From the NCBI GenBank assembly GCA_937884195.1, contig CALGDN010000140.1, forward strand, positions 1 through 26,720: 26,720 nt of DNA. The letters are read 5' to 3'. Every line of letters begins with the position of its first letter. The stretch's first letter is position 1. Below, one piece after another: positions 15,394-23,365 of the stretch. The position numbers and the translations under genes are program-made. The notes beneath the pieces were generated by a model. It saw only the letters and a list, made by a program, of their open reading frames with translations, was not told the origin of the DNA and ran no database searches. Source of the stretch: an uncultured bacterium. GTDB taxonomy: Bacteria; Omnitrophota; Gorgyraeia; Gorgyraeales; Gorgyraeaceae.

Positions 15394-15697
15394 TTCCATT
15401 CCCAGGTCACGCCTCGAGGGGCCTCTTTTAGCCGAGTGGGCACAGTGTCTTCCCTCAGGCAGAGCTTTCGGCACTGAAACGTTTCGCCGTCCGCTACGGT
15501 TTACGGTTCGTTCTTCTTTACGCCTATCGCTTTAGAACATGACCAGAACTCACCGTAACACCTTGCGGACATTTGCCGAAACGTTTCTAATGTGCCTTCA
15601 GCTCTGCCTGAGGGAAGACGAGCGAGGCTAAAAACGGAGCAAGATTGCCTCGCTGGGGCAATCTTGCGTCCCCTCGAGGCGTGACCTGGGAATGGAA
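15394..15697. repeat. 304-bp rod-like fold-back element
   Basis: Perfect 28-bp terminal IR (15394-15421/15670-15697), perfect 20-bp stem (15447-15466/15600-15619), further nested stems, and a side hairpin GCAAGATTGCC/GGCAATCTTGC. Confidence 0.85.
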
Positions 15698-15783
15698 AGG
15701 TCTTACCTGTCATTAAAAGTATTACAGTAATATCAGGCAACTATGGGACTCGAAGGGTATGTTACCTTGTGGCATACGTGAGC

Positions 15784-15812
15784 TTTACAAGAGAGGCTCC
15801 ACGTGATATCCT
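15784..15812 (+). promoter_or_regulatory. Sigma70-type promoter for the aspartyl protease gene
   Basis: TTTACA (15784-15789), N17, TATCCT (15807-15812), with TG at the extended -10 position. Confidence 0.45.
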
Positions 15813-15880
15813 ATCTATCAGGGGCAGGAAAACGGAATGCTAAATCTGCGTCTAGGCCCCAGACAATGGATAGGTAGAAG

Positions 15881-16603
15881 ATGAAGACAAGATTTAAGCT
15901 GGTTTTATTTACTGTAATCTTTCTGATTTCCTGGATGTCAAGGGTTTATCCGGATACTATCTATCTGAGGAATGGCCGTAATATAGAAGGGTTAATAAAA
16001 AAAGAGGATGGGAAGAGTGTTTTGCTGGACGTTGGTTTCGGGACAGTTAAATTCAGAAGAGAAGAGATAAAGGATATTTCGAGGTCAAGCCGTGAAGAGG
16101 CCTTTAATATACGTAAGAGATGGGGCGAACAGAGAAAGCTGGAAGAGGAAAGGATGTCCAGGAGGAAAAAGGAACTGGAGGAAACGAGACAAAAAAAGGA
16201 ATTTGAGCCAAAAGAAGCAAGGTTTATTCAGGACAAAAACAAGATAGTAGTAGAGGCCTTGCTAAATAAGAAGGTCAAGGCATCGCTTCTCCTGGACACA
16301 GGAGCGACGGTTGTTTTACTATCTAGCGGCATTGCGAAAAGATTGAGGATAAGAAAGAATGCGACAAAGAAAGACATGGTGAAGGTCCAGATGGCCGATG
16401 GCCGCAAGGTTAACGCGCAATTAATAGTTCTAAACACTGTGAGTGTAGAGGGTGCTAAGGCCAGGGATGTTGAGGCAGTGGTATTGTCGGATTATGAAGG
16501 GATGGGTGGATGTGACGGATTATTGGGCATGTCTTTTCTGAGCAGATTTAATTTTCAGATAGATACCGTTAATAAAAAATTGATCCTGAAAAGGCGTAGA
16601 TAG
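15881..16603 (+). CDS. Exported retropepsin-like (clan AA) aspartyl protease
   Basis: Signal peptide, DTIYLRNGRNIEG N-terminal module, charged coiled linker, LLLDTGAT catalytic motif and DGLLGMSFL. Confidence 0.88.
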   Translation: MKTRFKLVLFTVIFLISWMSRVYPDTIYLRNGRNIEGLIKKEDGKSVLLDVGFGTVKFRREEIKDISRSSREEAFNIRKRWGEQRKLEEERMSRRKKELEETRQKKEFEPKEARFIQDKNKIVVEALLNKKVKASLLLDTGATVVLLSSGIAKRLRIRKNATKKDMVKVQMADGRKVNAQLIVLNTVSVEGAKARDVEAVVLSDYEGMGGCDGLLGMSFLSRFNFQIDTVNKKLILKRRR

Positions 16604-16623
16604 GAAGAAAAAAGCCCCGTGTT

Positions 16624-17997
16624 CTATGTTTGGGAAACAATATTTGACTTCGTTATAGCGGTAGGGGATAATCCTGCTCCGCGCCACATAGAGATATCCT
16701 CCATGCATAGATATACGGGAAGCTTTCTGGAATGTTTGAAAAGCATCTTTAGTATGGCCTTGTAGATATTACATCTTATTTTGGAGGGATATCTCAGCTT
16801 ATTATCAAAGCCCGGCACCAGCTCAGCATCAAGGATTTTGTTGCCGGGAAACCTGGCCTCAATTACCTGCTTCACCTTTGGATTAAATCGCAGGGTGCCT
16901 ATGCTTACCCATGCTATTGCCTCAGGTTTTATTGATTCAAAGACTAACCCGATTACCTTTTCGTATTCTTTCTGCCACCCGCTAAAATAGATGACAGGAT
17001 CAAAGTGGAATGCTAATTTATAACCTGCTTCACTGCAAAGCCGTGCCATAGAAATACGATTGGCGAGGGAAGAGGTAAGAAATTCATTTTGATTTATTAT
17101 TTTTTGAGGGTTCAATGACCACGCAATGACAATGTTGCCCGAGTGCCTTGTCTTTAGAAGATTCTCTATATTTGTGCTTTTTGTCTTGAACTCAAATCGC
17201 ACATCGGTGTGCCTTCTAAAGAAATCTACTATAGGCAGGGAGTATCTTGTAAGATGGTCCAGCATGAGCGAATCCGAAAATTCGCCTGTCCCTATGCGCA
17301 TCCCCGGCCTTTTGTACGAGGAAAATGAATCGAAGAATCTATCTATATTAGCCGGGAATATAATACCTGGAGCATCTATGTATCCCTGGAGATAGCAGTA
17401 GGTGCATTCGAATATACATCCGAGGCTCAGATTGAATATATTATAAGGACACCCCACGGCCTTTGTTGTGCATGGGCATTTTTTGAAGAAGTCGTAGTTT
17501 TCATAGGTAATAAAGGCTGTTGAGCGTCTTTTGTTATAGTCTCTCATCCTAAACTTTCTATGGGTTCTCAGATAGTCTTTCAGGGAGCTTATCTCCGATA
17601 ATTTTGAATCCGGAAAAAAATCCCTGAACCTGTTTGCCAGCGCAGAACGCCATGCGGATTTTTCTATAAATATCCTTTTTGGGTAGAATCCACTCTTTTT
17701 GGGATCCACGCAAAGACGCCGGTCCAATCTTATTTTTGGCAGATAGGGGTTTGACGCCTCGTTATCGAGATATGCATGAGGGAACCGCCTCTTTATAAGA
17801 CAGAGTTTTAGTCTATGGAAATCCAGTGAATCTATATCCTGGATTATGGAGGGGGGAGAAACGCCTTCTTTTTTTGAGATCTCGAAAAGGAGCCTTACTA
17901 TCTCCTGTTTCTTGTTGAGGCCAAGCTGCGGAAGATTTGATCCTACGAGGGATTCTGTTTCTTTCAGGCGTTCAGATTCTTTTCTATAAACTCGCAT
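16624..17997 (-). CDS. Spore photoproduct lyase (SplB)-like radical SAM protein with N-terminal extension
   Basis: GCIFECTYCYLQ (CxxxCxxC), GTGEFSDSL, FEFKTKS, WSLNP, FHFDP, VYLCME. Confidence 0.82.
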   Translation of the reverse strand: MRVYRKESERLKETESLVGSNLPQLGLNKKQEIVRLLFEISKKEGVSPPSIIQDIDSLDFHRLKLCLIKRRFPHAYLDNEASNPYLPKIRLDRRLCVDPKKSGFYPKRIFIEKSAWRSALANRFRDFFPDSKLSEISSLKDYLRTHRKFRMRDYNKRRSTAFITYENYDFFKKCPCTTKAVGCPYNIFNLSLGCIFECTYCYLQGYIDAPGIIFPANIDRFFDSFSSYKRPGMRIGTGEFSDSLMLDHLTRYSLPIVDFFRRHTDVRFEFKTKSTNIENLLKTRHSGNIVIAWSLNPQKIINQNEFLTSSLANRISMARLCSEAGYKLAFHFDPVIYFSGWQKEYEKVIGLVFESIKPEAIAWVSIGTLRFNPKVKQVIEARFPGNKILDAELVPGFDNKLRYPSKIRCNIYKAILKMLFKHSRKLPVYLCMEDISMWRGAGLSPTAITKSNIVSQT

Positions 17998-18680
17998 AGG
18001 ATATGTGCGCTGGATTTTATCGAAGAGGAAAGCACTACTTTTTCTTCGGCCGTCAAATTCGCATAAAAAGGTTTTTTATTGATGACGTCTGTTACATAAA
18101 ACAGGGCCATAGCCCTTTTATTAATATGTATCGATGCGGAGAATAAAGCAGAGCATTCCATATCGACTATTCGCATGTCTCTTTCTTTAAAGATATCTAG
18201 ATAATCTTGTTCCATCTTCAGGGAACCCAGGGTCGCACAGCTTACTTTTTGTATGCCACGGCCTTCATTAGCCTCTAAGAATCCTTCAAACAGGTCCTTA
18301 TCAGGATGAAATATTTTCCATTCTTTTCTGTCCCTTAAAAGCATGCCCGAAAAACTTTCCAGGGAATGGCACTCAAAAGGTGCGGCAACGTCCCCTATCT
18401 TTAGATATCTTTCGTCTACCGAACCGCAGGAACCGAAAAGTATTATGTTTTCACAGGGGGTATGCGCGAGATATAACACAGCATCTCCTAATAAGGCCGT
18501 CCCTAAGCCGGTTCGTATCACTGTAAACATCCTGGCGCTTCCAGAATCATATAGCCTGCCTTTTGAGATCCCCTTTATGCCGAACCCGGCCAGGGTTTCT
18601 TTCCTAATGAACGGCATAAGGATACATGTTTTTTTGACCCGGCTTGGTTCTATCCCGAATAGAATTTGAAAGGGTGTCAT
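17964..18680 (-). CDS. Nucleoside phosphorylase-like protein (PNP/UDP family)
   Basis: TGLGTALLGD, LFGSCGS, IGDVAAP, VDMECSALF. Start taken as ATG 18680 rather than the upstream TTG. Confidence 0.7.
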   Translation of the reverse strand: MTPFQILFGIEPSRVKKTCILMPFIRKETLAGFGIKGISKGRLYDSGSARMFTVIRTGLGTALLGDAVLYLAHTPCENIILFGSCGSVDERYLKIGDVAAPFECHSLESFSGMLLRDRKEWKIFHPDKDLFEGFLEANEGRGIQKVSCATLGSLKMEQDYLDIFKERDMRIVDMECSALFSASIHINKRAMALFYVTDVINKKPFYANLTAEEKVVLSSSIKSSAHILCEFIEKNLNA

Positions 18681-18717
18681 AGTCAAAAGATGGCCGAGGT
18701 AGGATCTCCGACGGATA

Positions 18718-19782
18718 TTATAATTCAATCAGATTATACCCTAGATTGCCCAGCCCTTTCTCGTGTGCGTATTCAAGGGCTGTCTTGTATGAATCCTGAG
18801 ATTGCTCTTTGAGTATTAGGTCCTCATTTTTATTGATAAGGTCCAGCGTGGCCTTATCGAGGGCCACTATATCATTAGATGCGAGTATACCTATGTCACT
18901 ACAGATGATCCTTTCATTTTTTGTGGATATGCAGTCGCATTCTTTCGTAATGTCAAAGGCAAGGTTTATAAAGAATCTGTTCTTGAATCTGGACAGGATA
19001 AATGCGGCAACGTCTGTCATCCTTTTTAAGAATATCCCTTTATCTTCTTTCCAGTTGATGAATATTGCGTCAAACCTGCATGCGCACAGGCATTCTCCGC
19101 AGCCTATACATTTTCCCTGCTCTATAGAGGCCTTGCTCTTATCTCCAAAGGATATTGCGTTTGCCGGACAGATCTTTATGCAACACCCGCAGCCAGTGCA
19201 CCTTTCTTCTATCGCGTGAGGCCTGAGCGAAGAATGCTGGACTTGTTTTGTAGGTTTGGAGACCATGCCCATTGAAACATTTTTAAGCGCCCCTGCATAT
19301 CCTGCCAGGATATGACAGGTAGCATGGGATAATACGACGAGGTTATCCAGCATGCCTATGAAGGACGGGATCCTGACTCTTTTTATGTAGTCTGATTTAA
19401 GGTCGTATTCTTTCCCGTCCTGGCCGAATATACCGTCTGCTATTATAAAGGGTGCTCCTATCCTGGAGTAGGCAAATCCCTTATTCTGCGCAAGGGTCAG
19501 GTGGTCGACTGCATTAAGCCGTAAGCCTTTATATATGACGTTCGTATCGAAGAGGAATGGTTTCGCCTTTTTCTTTTTTATTTCCGAGACGACCGATTTC
19601 ACAAGTTGAGGCGCTGTGTTGTATATACACTTCGTATCTCCTATGGTGAGTTTAATAGCGATAAACTCATCCTTTTTATATGCAGAGAAGGGGTCCATTC
19701 CCTCTATTATCTTTAAAAGACCGCCAGCCCTGGCCGGTATAGTATTACCCGTTATTTTTGTAAAAAAAACATCGCTTTTCAC
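18718..19782 (-). CDS. DUF362-domain protein with 2x[4Fe-4S] ferredoxin domain
   Basis: AIKLTIG, PFLFDTNVIY, LSHATCH..AGYAGALKNVSMG, CTGCGCCIKICP and CIGCGECLCAC, ITKECDC. Confidence 0.88.
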   Translation of the reverse strand: MKSDVFFTKITGNTIPARAGGLLKIIEGMDPFSAYKKDEFIAIKLTIGDTKCIYNTAPQLVKSVVSEIKKKKAKPFLFDTNVIYKGLRLNAVDHLTLAQNKGFAYSRIGAPFIIADGIFGQDGKEYDLKSDYIKRVRIPSFIGMLDNLVVLSHATCHILAGYAGALKNVSMGMVSKPTKQVQHSSLRPHAIEERCTGCGCCIKICPANAISFGDKSKASIEQGKCIGCGECLCACRFDAIFINWKEDKGIFLKRMTDVAAFILSRFKNRFFINLAFDITKECDCISTKNERIICSDIGILASNDIVALDKATLDLINKNEDLILKEQSQDSYKTALEYAHEKGLGNLGYNLIEL

Positions 19783-19851
19783 TGTCTCACCTGAAGATGC
19801 CGGGACGATAACTCGGCATATATTAAATTCCCTGATTTTATGGCTGGAGGA

Positions 19852-20895
19852 TTAAACCGTAGAGTCCTGATTTAACCAGAAAGGCGTGGGGGCTTTTTCC
19901 CTGGTTATTTTAATAGCTATCTTGACAATATCCTGGTCGTATTTAGAACCGGCGTTATCCTCTAATTCTTTGATTGCCTTTTTCAGGCCTAAGGCTGCCC
20001 TGTATGGCCTGTGAAACGTCATTGCTTCCAGTACATCAGATACGGCAAGGATCCTTGCTTCGGGTATGATTCTTTTAGCTGATAAACCACGCGGGTAACC
20101 TGTCCCATCCAGCCTTTCGTGGTGTTGATATATAGCCTCAGGCAGCGGGAATGGAAAGGTGTGCCGTTTAAGCATGTCGTGGCACATTTCTACATGTTCC
20201 CGGATCATCCTGATCTCTAATTCAGTGAGCTTGCCGGGTTTATTTAGGATCTCAAGAGGTATGAGTATCTTCCCTATGTCATGTAGTTCGGCAGACATCT
20301 TCAATTCCAGGACCCTGTTTTCGTCCCATCCCAGCCCCTTGGCAATCCCTTCGGCGATTATTGACACACGACGGGTATGGCCGAAGGTATAAGGGTCTTT
20401 TACCTCAAGGACCCTATCGAGCACCTTTAGAGAATTCATAACCATATCTAATCTATTTTTCTCCAGCTGGTCATAAACGGTTATATCGCGGGTTATACCC
20501 ATCGTGCCTATTACCTGGCCTTTTCGGTTTTTGACAGGTATCTTTGTCGTTGTTACGCAATTTTGTGTCCCATTAGGCAAGAGCGTCCTTTCAATCTTAC
20601 CGATTATAGGTTCCCCTGTTTTCAAGACGCGCGTATCATCTTCAAACATCCTTTGAGCCTGTTCTTTGGGAAAGAAATCAAAGTCAGTTTTGCCTGTTAT
20701 TTCTTCAGGGTTCAGATTGAAGCCCTCTGCATAGAAACGATTTACCCTGACCAGTCTATTTTTGGTATCTTTGAAATAGATGGCATCCGGAAGGTTGTCG
20801 AGAAGGTTTTGGAAGAGTTCTTTTTCCAATGCGAAGCTTTCTTTCAGTTTTTTATAATAAGACTTACATTTTGTTTTGGACTTTTTGGCTTTCAT
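19852..20895 (-). CDS. PAS/PAC + HD-GYP domain protein (putative c-di-GMP phosphodiesterase)
   Basis: PDAIYFKD, GKTDFDFFP, GTMGITRDIT (PAS/PAC), then YTFGHTRRV, HDIGK, HHERLDGTGYP, DVLEAMTFHRPYR. Start at ATG 20895. Confidence 0.92.
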   Translation of the reverse strand: MKAKKSKTKCKSYYKKLKESFALEKELFQNLLDNLPDAIYFKDTKNRLVRVNRFYAEGFNLNPEEITGKTDFDFFPKEQAQRMFEDDTRVLKTGEPIIGKIERTLLPNGTQNCVTTTKIPVKNRKGQVIGTMGITRDITVYDQLEKNRLDMVMNSLKVLDRVLEVKDPYTFGHTRRVSIIAEGIAKGLGWDENRVLELKMSAELHDIGKILIPLEILNKPGKLTELEIRMIREHVEMCHDMLKRHTFPFPLPEAIYQHHERLDGTGYPRGLSAKRIIPEARILAVSDVLEAMTFHRPYRAALGLKKAIKELEDNAGSKYDQDIVKIAIKITREKAPTPFWLNQDSTV

Positions 20896-20961
20896 AGAGT
20901 AACATATTAACACAGATTACTAAAAAGATAAAGGAAAATTCTAAATAGAGGCGGATTCATT

Positions 20962-22023
20962 ATGGTGAAGACAAAGATTATTTGTACCTTAGGCCCGGCC
21001 AGTTCAAACGAAGGTGCCATAAGAAAGATGATCATGGCCGGCATGGATGTTGTGAGGTTAAATTGTTCCCACGGCAGTTTAGGAGAGTTTCTTTCGTGTA
21101 TTAGGATCACAAGGAAAATCAACAGGAAATACAGGCGGCATGTGAGAGTTCTTCTGGATCTCGAAGGCCCAAGGATAAGGGTGGGTAGGCTAAGAGGTCA
21201 TAACCCGGTCTTTCTGAAAAAGAGGCAGATCTTATGGCTCTCCCAGGGAAATATACATAAAAGCGACAATGTTATTCCCTTTGATTACGATGGCCCTTTA
21301 GCCAGCCTCAGAGGTGCGGGATTTATATATATAGACGATGGTAATATTGTACTGAAAATCAAAGAGATTGGAAGGATAGCTATTAAAACAGAGGTAGTCG
21401 TGGGAGGCGCATTAAAGGAATATAAAGGGATAAATATTCCCGGAGCGCACTTAGAATTCTCGGACATAAGTGAAAAGGATAAAAAGGATATTGCCTTTGG
21501 CGTGGCACATAAGGTAGATTATATCGCACAGTCGTTTGTAAGGAATAAAGCTGATGTAGAGGAGGTCAGAAACAGGCTAAAGGAAAAACTGCCTTCGTGC
21601 CGGATAATATCCAAGATAGAAAATCAGCAGGGTATTCGCAATATCGATGAGATCATAGATTCCTCAGACGGCATAATGATAGCACGGGGAGATATGGGGG
21701 TATGTGTGCCTATATACGAGATACCCATAATACAGAAGGAGATTATCAGAAAATGTAATGCGAAGAAAAGGCCTGTTATTACAGCTACGCAGATGCTGGA
21801 GAGCATGGTTGAACATATGCGGCCCACGCGGGCAGAGGTTACAGATGTGGCGAATGCCATTATAGACGGCACGGATTTCGTGATGTTATCTGCCGAGACA
21901 GCAGTAGGTAAATATCCCGTAGAGTCGGTAAGGATGATGAATGACATAATCAAGTACACAGAAAATAACCTTACACCCTCACGACACATAAAAAAGTGTA
22001 AAGTTATAGGTTTACAATATTAG
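20962..22023 (+). CDS. pyk: Pyruvate kinase (short form, no C-terminal regulatory domain)
   Basis: KTKIICTLGPAS, RLNCSHG, LDLEGPRIR, SKIEN, IMIARGDMG, ATQMLESM, PTRAEVTDVANA, MLSAETAVGKYP. 353 aa. Confidence 0.95.
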   Translation: MVKTKIICTLGPASSNEGAIRKMIMAGMDVVRLNCSHGSLGEFLSCIRITRKINRKYRRHVRVLLDLEGPRIRVGRLRGHNPVFLKKRQILWLSQGNIHKSDNVIPFDYDGPLASLRGAGFIYIDDGNIVLKIKEIGRIAIKTEVVVGGALKEYKGINIPGAHLEFSDISEKDKKDIAFGVAHKVDYIAQSFVRNKADVEEVRNRLKEKLPSCRIISKIENQQGIRNIDEIIDSSDGIMIARGDMGVCVPIYEIPIIQKEIIRKCNAKKRPVITATQMLESMVEHMRPTRAEVTDVANAIIDGTDFVMLSAETAVGKYPVESVRMMNDIIKYTENNLTPSRHIKKCKVIGLQY

Positions 22024-22057
22024 GCCTGATGGTATAATACCATAAAAATGAAAGGAG
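22011..22057 (+). promoter_or_regulatory. Promoter and RBS of fba
   Basis: TTTACA (22011-22016), N16, TATAAT (22033-22038) with extended TG. SD AAGGAG just before ATG 22064. Confidence 0.6.
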
Positions 22058-22063
22058 CAGGAT

Positions 22064-23038
22064 ATGGCAACCTCATATAAGGAACTCGGTCTGGTAAACA
22101 CGAGGGAGATTTTCAAAAAGGCAATGGCCGGCAGGTACGCTATCCCGGCTTACAATTTCAACAACATGGAACAATTGCAGGCAATAATAACGGCTTGTAT
22201 CGAGACAAATTCTCCGGTAATACTCCAGGTTTCGAAAGGCGCCAGAAAATATGCCAATCAGATTTTGCTGAGACATATGGCTAAGGGCGCGCTTGAGATA
22301 ATAGAGGATGCGGGCTCAAAGATACCTGTCACGCTCCATCTGGATCATGGCGATACCTATGAACTGGCTGTTTCGTGCATAGAAACAGGATTTTCTTCTG
22401 TTATGATAGACGGCTCGGCGCACAAGTTCGAAGATAATGCCAATCTTACAAAAAAGGTAGTCGATTACGCGCATAAGTATGACGTAACGGTAGAGGGAGA
22501 ATTGGGGGTCCTTGCCGGGATAGAAGATGAGGTGAGTCATGGAGAGTCGCATTACACCCATCCGGAGGAAGTAGAAGACTTTGTATCCAGGACAGGGGTG
22601 GATAGTCTCGCGATTTCAATAGGGACTTCCCACGGTGCATATAAATTTAAGATCAAGCCGGGTGAATCATTCCCGGAACTGAGATTCGATATACTCCGGG
22701 AGGTAGAGAAAAGGCTCCCCGGCTTTCCAATAGTTTTACACGGATCCAGTTCTGTGCTAAAAGAATACGTGGAGCTTATAAATAAATACGGCGGAGAACT
22801 CGAACAGACAGCAGGCGTGCCTGAAGACCAGTTAAGAAAAGCCGCTCAGTCAGCTGTCTGCAAGATTAATATAGACACAGACGGGCGTTTGGTTGTGACA
22901 GCGAAGGTGAGGGAGGTCTTTGCAACCAACCCAAAGGAATTCGACCCTAGAAAATATCTTGGCCCTGCAAGGACAGAGCTTATAAAGATGTACAAACACA
23001 AAAACGAATATGTCCTTGGCAGTGCAGGAAAGGCATAG
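22064..23038 (+). CDS. fba: Class II fructose-1,6-bisphosphate aldolase
   Basis: AYNFNNME, LHLDHG, SVMIDGS, VEGELG, AISIGTSHG, VLHGSS, KINIDTD, FDPRKYL. Confidence 0.96.
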   Translation: MATSYKELGLVNTREIFKKAMAGRYAIPAYNFNNMEQLQAIITACIETNSPVILQVSKGARKYANQILLRHMAKGALEIIEDAGSKIPVTLHLDHGDTYELAVSCIETGFSSVMIDGSAHKFEDNANLTKKVVDYAHKYDVTVEGELGVLAGIEDEVSHGESHYTHPEEVEDFVSRTGVDSLAISIGTSHGAYKFKIKPGESFPELRFDILREVEKRLPGFPIVLHGSSSVLKEYVELINKYGGELEQTAGVPEDQLRKAAQSAVCKINIDTDGRLVVTAKVREVFATNPKEFDPRKYLGPARTELIKMYKHKNEYVLGSAGKA

Positions 23039-23041
23039 ATT

Positions 23042-23092
23042 TTCTCGACAAGCTTAAACAATATTCTTCGAGCGAGTGAAGCGAGTCGAGAA
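23042..23092. repeat. REP-like hairpin in the fba/PQ-loop intergenic region
   Basis: TTCTCGAC...GTCGAGAA arms with an internal GAGCGAGTGAAGCGA motif. Confidence 0.6.
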
Positions 23093-23102
23093 GGTCAAGA
23101 TC

Positions 23103-23360
23103 ATGATAGACAAAATTGCCCTAGTAGCTTCTATAGTCTTACCTCTTTGGAACATCCCGATGATGATCCGAATAATAAAGAGACGTTCCTCAGGAGATAT
23201 TAGTGTATTCTGGGCTGTGGGGGTATGGGCATGTTTACTGGGGATACTCCCGTCAGGATTAAAGAGCGACTTTATTGTCTGGAAGGCATTTGCAATAGGC
23301 AATTTCATATTTTTCAGCGGCGTAACATTCTGCACACTCTTATTCCACAATAAAAAATAA
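23103..23360 (+). CDS. PQ-loop/SemiSWEET-like small membrane protein
   Basis: 85 aa, three hydrophobic helices, LPLWNIPMMIRIIKRRSSGDIS. The ORF-track GTG start lies within the repeat, so ATG 23103 is used. Confidence 0.65.
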   Translation: MIDKIALVASIVLPLWNIPMMIRIIKRRSSGDISVFWAVGVWACLLGILPSGLKSDFIVWKAFAIGNFIFFSGVTFCTLLFHNKK

Positions 23361-23365
23361 CAGCA

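Noticed and set aside
15501-15740. 79-aa ORF inside the 304-bp fold-back, and similarly 5823-6083 and 5589-5780 across the 278-bp element
   Set aside because: No recognisable motifs or RBS; they are by-products of GC-rich palindromic DNA.
15810-15875. c-di-GMP-I riboswitch upstream of the protease
   Set aside because: Only a loose resemblance (GTCTAGG, GATAG). It lacks the GAAA-tetraloop P1 stem and the GACGCAAA core.
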